Shown here: positions 1-8,082 of the stretch, piece by piece
How positions within the stretch are numbered: the stretch's first letter is position 1
Layout of the letters: every line of letters begins with the position of its first letter
DNA from: Gemmatimonadales bacterium
GTDB taxonomy: Bacteria > Gemmatimonadota > Gemmatimonadetes > Gemmatimonadales > GWC2-71-9
Direction of reading: 5' to 3'
Assembly (NCBI GenBank): GCA_041577295.1
Contig: JBFGJG010000050.1
Coordinates: 1 to 30,376, forward strand
DNA: 30,376 nucleotides
Program-made: the position numbers and the translations under genes
Notes under the pieces: model-generated
Database searches by the model: none
Told to the model about the DNA's origin: nothing
Seen by the model: the letters and a program-made list of their open reading frames with translations, nothing else

Positions 1-249
1 CAGCACCCCATGCGCGATTTGCGGTTTGACCGCCAGGACCAGCAGGTTGGACGCGCACGCCACCTCTCGATTGTCCAGGGTGGTGCGCACGCCGTAGCGT
101 GCAGCGAGATCGTCGATCCGCCGCTGATGTTTGGCCGACACAATCACGTTTTCGGTGTTGAGCAGGCCGGCGGTTGCGAGCCCGCGCAAGATGGCCTCAC
201 CCATGTTCCCGCAGCCGATAATGCCAAGTGTTCCACTGGTCGAAGGCAT
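1..249 (-). CDS. proC: Pyrroline-5-carboxylate reductase, N-terminal 83 codons (runs off the window)
   Basis: Not in the ORF track. Manual translation from ATG at 249 gives MPSTSGTLGIIGCGNMGEAILRGL...NLLVLAVKPQ, with the IGxGNMG Rossmann motif and the LAVKPQ signature of ProC. Confidence 0.92.
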   Translation of the reverse strand, partial: MPSTSGTLGIIGCGNMGEAILRGLATAGLLNTENVIVSAKHQRRIDDLAARYGVRTTLDNREVACASNLLVLAVKPQIAHGVL

Positions 250-545
250 GAATAGTCGCTCGCCTGGAAAAACGGTAACCTTGTCCCTCCCCCTCCCTCG
301 ACTCTGCACGAGGTGTGCCTAACGGTGACTACTGATTAGCAAGTGCTGGTAGCACCAGGCCCCGCTCACTTGCTCACTGCTAAGTGTAGGGAGGGGAGCG
401 CGGCGTGGGGAGTGGTGGCTTTTGAAGGCCTCACGGAGGGGCGAGTAAGCCCCTCACCCCGGGCTCTCACACGGGCAGCTCTGGGGGTCAGCCCCCTTTG
501 CCCCTCACTCCTCACCGCCTGGATCGGGGGGAGGCCTCGGGGGAG

Positions 546-1952
546 CTACGCGGCTGTCGGCCCCTGGGACCTGTTGAGCGTCACCAGCCCGCCCGCCCCT
601 TGCGAGTAGAGCGGCATGGTGGTGAAGTCCGGCGTTCCTACTGTGATCTCATCGAGCGCGAGGTGTTCACTCGGGTAGAAGACCCGCAGGTAGCTGTCGG
701 CGTAATTACACCCGTGTTGGGTGACATGGATCGTATTCTCGTCGACCTTCACCGCCCCCTGCTCCTCGAGATATCGCAGGGCATCCGAGAAGACGGCAAC
801 GGGATCTTCGCCGAATCGGCTGCGGAATTCGTCCCGGGAGATGCTCAACAGCTTCATCCCCATCACCATGTACCCCGTCATCTCCTCGAGCCTGGTGAGC
901 TTGTGTCCGCCGGCAATCGGGACGTCGCCGTCGTTGACAACCTTGATGTACGGCCGGTAGGGATTGCAGTTCTGATACAAATAGCCACCGGCAAACCCAA
1001 ATGCGGACTCGCCGAGCGCGATCAGGTCCTTACCCCGCCAGCAGTTCGTCCGGTGCGTGTGCTCGAACTGCTTGTCCAGCACCCAGCTGAAATGGGTGTG
1101 ATGCTGATAGCCCTTCATCGCGAACCGCTCTTCAGCGTAGTTCAGCATCTCGAGCTCGGCTGGGTCTCCAACGAACTTCTTCCGAAGCTCCGCGTCGAAC
1201 TGGAGCTTCGTGTAAAACTGCGTCCCGGGCTTGATCTCCATGCGGTAGATGGTGATGTGTTCCGGGAGATAGTCGAGAATGGTGTCGATCGAATGTTTCC
1301 ACGTCTCCATCGTCTCGCCGAGCATTCCCGACATCAGATCGATATTGGTGACGCGGAACCGGGCTTTCTTCGCCCACTCTAGCGTGCGCGCCACCACGTG
1401 AGGCTTGGCGATCCGGCCGTTGATGGTGGCAATCTCCGGATGAAAACTCTGGATGCCGAAGCTCATGCGCGTGATGCCAAGGTCCTTGAGCAGGCGCAGC
1501 TTGCTCTCTTGGATCGTGGTGGGCTCGCCCTCCGAGGTCCACTCGACATCCTCTGCAAGGTCAAACCGTTCTCGGAGATGCCCGACCAGGCGCTCGAGCT
1601 GTTCCTCCTTGAGATAGGTGGGTGTGCCTCCGCCAAAGTAGATCGTTTCGACCTTTCGTCCCTGGAGGAATGGCAGATCGGCTACCATGTCGATCTCTTT
1701 GTGCAGGGCCTCGATGTACGGATCCACCACCGTGCGGAAGGTGTTCGGCATGATGCCGTAGTAGCAGAACGTGCAGCGGACGGCGCAGAATGGGATATGC
1801 ACGTACAGCTGGAAGCCGTCATTGGCCCGCCAGTCGGCCGCCGGCTCGTTGAAGCGCGGCGCGTCTTCGGGCCGCATCGTTTCGAACGGCGGATACTGGA
1901 AGACAAACCGGTCGCGCCGGGTCGGCTTCACATCAAAGTTGATCGCACTCAT
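546..1952 (-). CDS. HemN-like radical SAM enzyme (coproporphyrinogen III oxidase family / class C methyltransferase-like)
   Basis: YVHIPFCAVRCTFC (CxxxCxxC), IYFGGGTPT, RMSFGIQSF, NIDLMSG and a HemN_C-like tail. ATG overlaps the upstream GNAT stop (ATGA, 1949-1952). Confidence 0.92.
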   Translation of the reverse strand: MSAINFDVKPTRRDRFVFQYPPFETMRPEDAPRFNEPAADWRANDGFQLYVHIPFCAVRCTFCYYGIMPNTFRTVVDPYIEALHKEIDMVADLPFLQGRKVETIYFGGGTPTYLKEEQLERLVGHLRERFDLAEDVEWTSEGEPTTIQESKLRLLKDLGITRMSFGIQSFHPEIATINGRIAKPHVVARTLEWAKKARFRVTNIDLMSGMLGETMETWKHSIDTILDYLPEHITIYRMEIKPGTQFYTKLQFDAELRKKFVGDPAELEMLNYAEERFAMKGYQHHTHFSWVLDKQFEHTHRTNCWRGKDLIALGESAFGFAGGYLYQNCNPYRPYIKVVNDGDVPIAGGHKLTRLEEMTGYMVMGMKLLSISRDEFRSRFGEDPVAVFSDALRYLEEQGAVKVDENTIHVTQHGCNYADSYLRVFYPSEHLALDEITVGTPDFTTMPLYSQGAGGLVTLNRSQGPTAA

Positions 1953-2824
1953 ACCACACCCCCTGCGCTTCCCCGCTGTGGGGACAATAGATCGATCACG
2001 GGCGTCGGGCGAAACCCAACGTGTGTTCGGACGGCGGAGTTGGGCTCCAAACGGCGGCCCCGCAAGACTCGGAAACCAAGAATGTTCACCACCAGGAGCT
2101 CACCAACCACTTCATGACCAAAACTCACATGTGCTTTCAGCGAATCGGTATTGTGCCAGCTCATGTAACCGCACAGGCGTCGCCGATCGTGCTCACGAAC
2201 GTAGTCAAATGTGTGATACACCATCGCGACCATGGCGCCCCGCAGTCGCCACTCGGGCAAGATCCACAGATCGTACGCCCACGCTGCATCCTCAGGGATC
2301 GCGAATGAGCAGAACTTCTCCGGCTCGGCGTGCGTAGCACCGAGGTTCACCCAGGACATCGCGACGAGTTCTCTGTTGGCTTCGCAAACAAACCCCCGAT
2401 GACCCTGGCGCAACCGATCCTCGTATGCGGCTGGAGTTCCCCGTGGGAACACCTCGTGAAGTCGCTTGACGTCCTTCGCCTCCACCGTGCGGATCGTCAG
2501 CGTGCGTGGACGCCGAACAAGTGGGTTCGGTTGCGCGAGCTCGGTCACGTAGAGCGTGTCCACGTGAACCAGCCAGCGCGGCACCACCTCAAAGAAGTAG
2601 TGCGCGATCCGATCGATACGACCTTCGCGCACCAGCATAGCCAGCTTCCGTAGGCGGTGGAACAGCCCTCCGACCCCTAGTTTGGCGCTCACCGCGCCCG
2701 TTGGTACGCCATCGGTCCCCTCTGGCTCCCCTCGCACGCTTTGGATCGAGGCAGTATGTGATTGTGCTCGAACGAGTTGCACTGGTGTTGCGTGCCTGCC
2801 ACGGTTAGGAGAATCGTCAACCAA
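1949..2824 (-). CDS. GNAT-family N-acyltransferase (start uncertain: TTG 2824 or ATG 2638)
   Basis: GNAT core: GFVCEANRELVAMSWV, AWAYDLWILPEWRLRG (motif A-like), NTDSLKAHVSFG. Stop overlaps the radical SAM start. Confidence 0.8.
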   Translation of the reverse strand: MVDDSPNRGRHATPVQLVRAQSHTASIQSVRGEPEGTDGVPTGAVSAKLGVGGLFHRLRKLAMLVREGRIDRIAHYFFEVVPRWLVHVDTLYVTELAQPNPLVRRPRTLTIRTVEAKDVKRLHEVFPRGTPAAYEDRLRQGHRGFVCEANRELVAMSWVNLGATHAEPEKFCSFAIPEDAAWAYDLWILPEWRLRGAMVAMVYHTFDYVREHDRRRLCGYMSWHNTDSLKAHVSFGHEVVGELLVVNILGFRVLRGRRLEPNSAVRTHVGFRPTPVIDLLSPQRGSAGGVV

Positions 2825-2884
2825 GAACCCTCTTTAGAGGGGGCAACATGTATGCCATGGACGGACGGGCGTTCGCGGGGGAGA

Positions 2885-3226
2885 TCACTCGGTTGGGAGC
2901 TTCTTCCGAACGTAGGCTGCGACGGAGTTGATGCTTTGAAACAGGTCCCGGTTGATATCCGTGTCGTCCACCGTGATGCCAAACGCTTCTTCGACCGCGC
3001 CTACCAGTTGGAGTATCGAAACGGAATCGAGACCGAGTCCTTTCCCGATCAACGGGATGTCGTTGGGGATCACGGCGGGATCCAGACCGAGACGCAGGCT
3101 CTTGACGAGGGCTCCCTTGATGCGGTCTTCGATCGAGTGACCGGTCTGCGGTTCCTCGGCTTCGGGTATCCGCCGGTGGGGCGAAGCGGCGCCGTGCGCG
3201 CTTGGGTTTCCGTCCATGGTGCTCAT
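2885..3226 (-). CDS. Acyl carrier protein (phosphopantetheine-binding)
   Basis: PLIGKGLGLDSVSILQLVGAVEEAFGITVDD contains the GLDS serine and EExFGI motifs. ATGA overlap with the ligase stop at 3223-3226. Confidence 0.93.
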   Translation of the reverse strand: MSTMDGNPSAHGAASPHRRIPEAEEPQTGHSIEDRIKGALVKSLRLGLDPAVIPNDIPLIGKGLGLDSVSILQLVGAVEEAFGITVDDTDINRDLFQSINSVAAYVRKKLPTE

Positions 3227-4926
3227 ACGTTCTGGAGTTGGAATTTGAATGTTGGTAACGCACCGTCGAGATACATCTGGCGGAAATGCCGGTGCCGACG
3301 CTTGCCGCTCGAGGTTTTTGTCAGCGTGCCTTTGGGAACGAGGACGACCTCGCTGACATCGATCCCCAAATCACGCTGCAGCCGATCGCGCACGTCCTCT
3401 TTCAAGTCGGCCGGATCGCGGCTCGTCTCCGGCCGGACTTCACTCACCACGACGATGCGCTGGGTCCCACGTGCCTCGTCATCGACGCCGAAGGCCGCGA
3501 AGCAACCGGGACGGAGCCCATCGACCTGGAGCAGGGCTCGCTCGAAATCGCTGGGGTCGAGCTTCTTGCCAAACACGTTGATTCGCTCGCGCACGCGACC
3601 AACCCAGAACAGCTCCTGGCCCCGGACGTACCCGAGGTCTCCCGTCCGAAGCAGGTCACCACAGAGGGCGCGCCGAGTGGCCTTCTGATTGTGCAGGTAC
3701 CCTTCCATTCGGGAAGGTGTCCGCAGCGCCACCTCGCCGACATGCCCTTCCGGGAGCGGCTTGCCTTGGCGCGAGAGAATCTGGACCTCGAGCCCCGGGG
3801 CCGGACGTCCGGCACCTACGATCGCCACCCCTCGTCCCTCATCTGCCCCCTCCAGCGACACCGCCACATGATCCTCGTAGAGCGCCCGCCGATCCACCCA
3901 TTCGTGGACGAAGCCACGGTCGGGCTCGCTAAAGGTCGCACCTCCGACGTTTTCGGCGCAGCCAAAGTTGGTCTTGAGCGCCTCGGGACGAACGCCATAT
4001 GAGGCAAACCGATGACGAAATGTCTGAATGGTGTCGAGGTGAATGCGCTCCGCCGCGTTCCAGAATGCCCGTACCCGCTCGAGGCAAACACCTTCCAGAT
4101 CGGCGTCGCGCGCCATCTTCGCCGTAATAGCATACCCGAAGTTGGGTGACCAGGTGATCGTCGAGCCGGTGGACGCCAGGCCCCGCAACCACAGCGCCGG
4201 CCGCTTCACAAAAGTCTGCGGACTCAACAAAACCAGCGGCACGCCGTTGGCAAGACAGAGGAAGAAGTTATTCACCAGGCCCATGTCGTGATACAGCGGG
4301 GTCCAGTTGAAACACACGTCTTCGGGCGTCAACCGCATCGCCCCAACCATCGCTTCCAGCGCCGCCACGACTTTGTGCTGTTTCCACACACACACGCGCG
4401 GGAACCCCGTCGTCCCCGAGGTGAGCTGTAACGCCGCCACGTCGTGCTCTGCGGGCGTCACCGGAACGAAGTCATCGGCGGAGCCGCCGGCCAACATCTC
4501 CTCGCCGATCAGCAGCCTGGCGTCGCGGCGAGCCCGCTGCAGTTTGGATTGCAGCGGTGCCAAGCTCGAATCGGCGATCACCATTCGCGCCTGGGTCTTC
4601 CGGATCGTGCGAGCCAAGATCCGCTCGAGGCTAGAATTCGCTCCCTGGATGATTGGCGGCGCCACGAGGAGCGGCACGGCACCTGTCATCAGTGCGGCCG
4701 TCAGAGCGGTCGCGCAGAACTCCTTGCTGGGCAACACCAGAATGCATACGTCACCGCGCCCGAGACCCTCCGATCTCATCCGCGCCGCCATGGCTTTGGC
4801 ATTCAGAGCAAACGCCTCTCGCGTCCGCCAGGTCACCTCGCCGTTGGCCGCATAGAATCCGACACACCGCTGGTCCGGATCGCGAGCGAGTTGATCATAA
4901 ATTCGTGCTTGGAGAACTCCTTGCAT
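3223..4926 (-). CDS. Fatty acyl-AMP ligase (FAAL)-type AMP-binding enzyme
   Basis: LQLTSGTTG P-loop, WTPLYHDMGL, SPNFGY, RTGDLG, KTSSGK and a FAAL-type insertion (VDRRALYEDHVAV). ATG 4926 follows GAGAGGG; alternative TTG 4938. Confidence 0.9.
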   Translation of the reverse strand: MQGVLQARIYDQLARDPDQRCVGFYAANGEVTWRTREAFALNAKAMAARMRSEGLGRGDVCILVLPSKEFCATALTAALMTGAVPLLVAPPIIQGANSSLERILARTIRKTQARMVIADSSLAPLQSKLQRARRDARLLIGEEMLAGGSADDFVPVTPAEHDVAALQLTSGTTGFPRVCVWKQHKVVAALEAMVGAMRLTPEDVCFNWTPLYHDMGLVNNFFLCLANGVPLVLLSPQTFVKRPALWLRGLASTGSTITWSPNFGYAITAKMARDADLEGVCLERVRAFWNAAERIHLDTIQTFRHRFASYGVRPEALKTNFGCAENVGGATFSEPDRGFVHEWVDRRALYEDHVAVSLEGADEGRGVAIVGAGRPAPGLEVQILSRQGKPLPEGHVGEVALRTPSRMEGYLHNQKATRRALCGDLLRTGDLGYVRGQELFWVGRVRERINVFGKKLDPSDFERALLQVDGLRPGCFAAFGVDDEARGTQRIVVVSEVRPETSRDPADLKEDVRDRLQRDLGIDVSEVVLVPKGTLTKTSSGKRRHRHFRQMYLDGALPTFKFQLQNV

Positions 4927-5220
4927 CCACCCTCTCAATCAGATTGCCTCGCGCCCCGAGGGCCACTGCCGCCCTCGCCGGGCCGGGCGCCCCCCTGGGT
5001 ATCACAATCCGGGCCATGAACGCCGGGCCGTCGATAACGATAGAACTCAGCGAATATGGGCCTCCGCCGTGGGTTGACCGTCCCGGCGGGACCGAACGGC
5101 AAGGAGGGGATGTTCAACGCATGGTGCGCCGACGCCACAGTCTTCCAACTCGCGATGTGCGTGCGGGTTGCCCTCCTGCCCCTCCAAGGCGCTCGCGGTT
5201 CAGACGGTCTATCTTAAGGA

Positions 5221-5733
5221 ATGACCGCTCACGCATGGTCTCATTCCTGCAAGATCTTGCCTCCGGCACTCGTTCTCGTGATGACGGCATGCGCTGCCGG
5301 GGACCCCTACGGTCGCAATCTGGTGGTGCCGGAGGGCACGATCTTCGAGGAACCTGCCGAGGCGGTAGCGCAGCTCGGGTACCAGATCACCCACGTGGAT
5401 ACGATCATCGGCTATATCGATGCCTATCGGCTGCGGGGTGGCCTCGACGGCGAGGCCGATCGGATGCTCGTCGATGTCTTCACGGCTCCCACGACCGGTC
5501 GTCGGGTGGTAACCATCACGGCACAAACGCTCGAAGACGCACTCGTCGTCGGACCGCGCGCAGAGGTGACCGGCCGCTCGGTTACGCCATCGGCCGATGT
5601 CCGGCAGGCCGCAGCAGCGGTGCTCGAGCGCCTGGGGTGCGACGATGTTCTTTCGGAACAGCGCATGACCCCCGATGGTATCGACTTCGACGTCTGGTGT
5701 GCAGGCGATCAGAGACCCGGAGCGCATAGATGA
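5221..5733 (+). CDS. Hypothetical lipoprotein
   Basis: Hydrophobic stretch ending in a lipobox-like VMTAC. Stop overlaps the next ATG (ATGA, 5730-5733). Confidence 0.7.
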   Translation: MTAHAWSHSCKILPPALVLVMTACAAGDPYGRNLVVPEGTIFEEPAEAVAQLGYQITHVDTIIGYIDAYRLRGGLDGEADRMLVDVFTAPTTGRRVVTITAQTLEDALVVGPRAEVTGRSVTPSADVRQAAAAVLERLGCDDVLSEQRMTPDGIDFDVWCAGDQRPGAHR

Positions 5734-7754
5734 GACGATGGTTGGCGTTGTTGGGACTGTGCGTGGTCGCTGTGCCAGCGAATGTGGCGACAGCGGAAGT
5801 CGTGCGCATCGTCATCGACCGCCGCGAGGACGTCTTGCGGGGACGTTCGTTTGGATCAGTGGGACCATACGAGAAGCTCGTCGGACGCGTGTTCTTCGCG
5901 TTTGACCCCTCCCTCCCGGTGAATGCCCGCATCACGGACGTCGGCATGGTAGGCCGGAATGGCCGCGGGTTGGTGGAGGCGTGGGCCAACTTCATGGTGT
6001 TGCGTCCGAAGTTTCCGCCACGCACCGGGCGCGTTGCGTTGCTGGACGTGAGCGACCGCGGTAGTAAATCGGCACTGACCATTTTCAACGGCGCCCTCCC
6101 GAGCCTCGACCCGGTGGATCCCCAGCATTTTGGCGACGGCCTTCTCATGCGCATGGGGCTCACGCTCATCTGGGTCGGATGGCAGCACGACGTCCCGCCG
6201 CGGCCGGGGTTGATGCGCCTGCACGGTCCAATCGCCACGCAAGAGGGCGATCCAATCTACGGCCTCGTCCGGAGCGATTGGACCGTCGACGTCTTTACGA
6301 CCACCCTCGCCATCGGTCACCGTGACCACCTCCCTTACCCCGTGGCCGACCCCACGCACCCCGAAAACGTGCTGACCGCGCGAAACGGTCGGACCGCAAT
6401 GGCCCGCCCGGTCCCCCGCAACCTGTGGCGTTTTGCTCGCGAGGAGGGGGGAGAGGTGATCCCAGACAGCACCAGCATCTACATGGCGTCGGGGTTCCAG
6501 CCGGGCAACATCTACGAACTGGTGTACCGTGCCAAAGACCCGCGGGTCGCGGGATTGGGATTCGCCGCGGTTCGCGACTTCATGGCGTACGTCAAGAATG
6601 ACTCCACGGTCCCCTTCCCCGCGGATCTGGGGATCGCGATCGGGATTTCGCAAAGTGGTCGGTTTCTGCGGCACTTCCTGTACGAGGGTTTCAACACGGA
6701 TGAAGCGGGGCGGAGGGTGTTCGATGGACTCATCATTCACGCTGCCGGGGCCGGACGGGGGAGCTTCAATCATCGGTTCGCGCAGCCGTCACGTGATGCG
6801 CACCGCTATTCGTCGTTCTTCTATCCGACCGATCTCTTTCCCTTCTCCAGCCGGACGCAGACGGACACGGTGAGCGGTGTGACGGATGGCCTATTCGCGC
6901 GGCAGCACAATCCCGCCCACCTGCCGAAGATCTTTCACACCAACCCCGGATACGCTTATTGGGGGCGGGCAGCGTCGTTGATCCACACGAGCACCGATGG
7001 CATGGTGGACATCGAGCCGTTTCCAAATGAACGCATCTACCATTTCACGAGTGCACAACACACGGTAACCCCGCGTTTTCCCCCCTCCCTCACCGATCGC
7101 GTGCCCGGGAGTCGCGGCTACCGTGGCAACCCGCTGAACTACCTACCGACCATGCGAGCACTGCTGACCCACATGGTCGCGTGGGTCCGCGACGACACGC
7201 CACCACCGGCGAGTGCGTACCCCCGACTCGATGTGGGCACGTTGACGCCCGTGACCGGCCTCAAGTTCCCCACCATTCTTGGCGTCGACGTCCCTACGGT
7301 GGTGCACGAAGCGTATCGAGTCGACTATGGGCCTCGGTGGAGAGAGGGAATCATCGATTTTCAACCGCCGCAGGTTGGTGAACCGTTCGTGAGTCTCGTC
7401 CCGCAGGTGGACGAGTACGGCAACGAGCGTGGTGGCGTGCCCAGTATCGAGACCTTGGCTCCTTTGGCGACATACGCCCCGTGGAGTTTGCGAACCGATT
7501 TTGCGACGGCCAAGAACGAGCTCGTCGACTTCCTCGGGACGTACATTCCGTTGCCACGCACCGAAGTAGAACGGCGCGCCAACACCGATGTCCGTCCGAG
7601 CATTGCAACGCTGTACGTCGACAAGGCATCGTATCTCGCTATCGCGCGCGACGCGGCCCGAACGATGGTTGCAGAGGGCTGGCTGCTCGAGGAGGATGTG
7701 CCGGCGGTGCTGCAGCGGGCCGAGGATCACTGGGATTGGTTGGTTGGACGTTAG
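5730..7754 (+). CDS. Secreted alpha/beta hydrolase domain protein (Abhydrolase_10-like)
   Basis: Signal peptide MRRWLALLGLCVVAVPANVATA, nucleophile elbow GISQSGRFLR, and GAGRGSFNHRFAQPSR, YWGRAASL, PQVDEYGNE motifs typical of this family. Confidence 0.85.
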   Translation: MRRWLALLGLCVVAVPANVATAEVVRIVIDRREDVLRGRSFGSVGPYEKLVGRVFFAFDPSLPVNARITDVGMVGRNGRGLVEAWANFMVLRPKFPPRTGRVALLDVSDRGSKSALTIFNGALPSLDPVDPQHFGDGLLMRMGLTLIWVGWQHDVPPRPGLMRLHGPIATQEGDPIYGLVRSDWTVDVFTTTLAIGHRDHLPYPVADPTHPENVLTARNGRTAMARPVPRNLWRFAREEGGEVIPDSTSIYMASGFQPGNIYELVYRAKDPRVAGLGFAAVRDFMAYVKNDSTVPFPADLGIAIGISQSGRFLRHFLYEGFNTDEAGRRVFDGLIIHAAGAGRGSFNHRFAQPSRDAHRYSSFFYPTDLFPFSSRTQTDTVSGVTDGLFARQHNPAHLPKIFHTNPGYAYWGRAASLIHTSTDGMVDIEPFPNERIYHFTSAQHTVTPRFPPSLTDRVPGSRGYRGNPLNYLPTMRALLTHMVAWVRDDTPPPASAYPRLDVGTLTPVTGLKFPTILGVDVPTVVHEAYRVDYGPRWREGIIDFQPPQVGEPFVSLVPQVDEYGNERGGVPSIETLAPLATYAPWSLRTDFATAKNELVDFLGTYIPLPRTEVERRANTDVRPSIATLYVDKASYLAIARDAARTMVAEGWLLEEDVPAVLQRAEDHWDWLVGR

Positions 7755-7961
7755 CCCGCACGAGACGAGTGACCAAGTAGTGGTCACCGGGGAGCCGTAG
7801 CTCACAAATCGACCGTTGGGTTCACCGGTGCGCGACAGCGCCACTCGACCCCTTCACTATCGTTCACGCTGTACCTGCCCCACCCACTGTCACCTCACTG
7901 CAAGTCGGACGCTCGTCCGCGCTCTCGAAAACCGGCAGCTTGTCAACGACTTACCACCCCC

Positions 7962-7977
7962 TGTGACGTTCATCACG
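7962..7977. promoter_or_regulatory. CRP/FNR-family-like binding site
   Basis: TGTGA-CGTTCA-TCACG matches 9 of 10 positions of TGTGA-N6-TCACA, about 105 nt upstream of ATG 8083. Confidence 0.5.
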
Positions 7978-8082
7978 GTACCCACAGTCGTTTGGCCCCA
8001 GCCTTGTCCGGTTGCATCGGAGAGTCCCTTCCTGCGCCCGCTCCGGTGCCGAGTCAGTCTTTCTCGAGAGGAGTGGGCATTC

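Noticed and set aside
336..383. CIRCE-like TTAGCA...TGCTAA
   Set aside because: Spacing and inner bases do not fit TTAGCACTC-N9-GAGTGCTAA, and no chaperone gene is adjacent.
498..1382. 294-aa plus-strand ORF (and similar 1398-2117, 2762-3688, 3286-4002)
   Set aside because: Antisense shadows of the radical SAM, ACP and FAAL genes. They carry no motifs and are expected in high-GC DNA.
546..1952. Calling this gene hemN or hemW
   Set aside because: It lacks the diagnostic motifs of both and is coupled to acyl-transfer genes, so no symbol was assigned.
4653..5729. 358-aa Arg-rich plus-strand ORF
   Set aside because: It overlaps the FAAL antisense and the lipoprotein in another frame, with low-complexity Arg/Pro/Gly content.
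7816..8082. N-terminal extensions in the ORF track (also 8865-9350, 11099-11332, 22153-22365, 27955-28182, 28719-28853)
   Set aside because: Downstream starts have clear RBSs, signal peptides or stop-start overlaps. The extensions overlap other genes or non-coding DNA.
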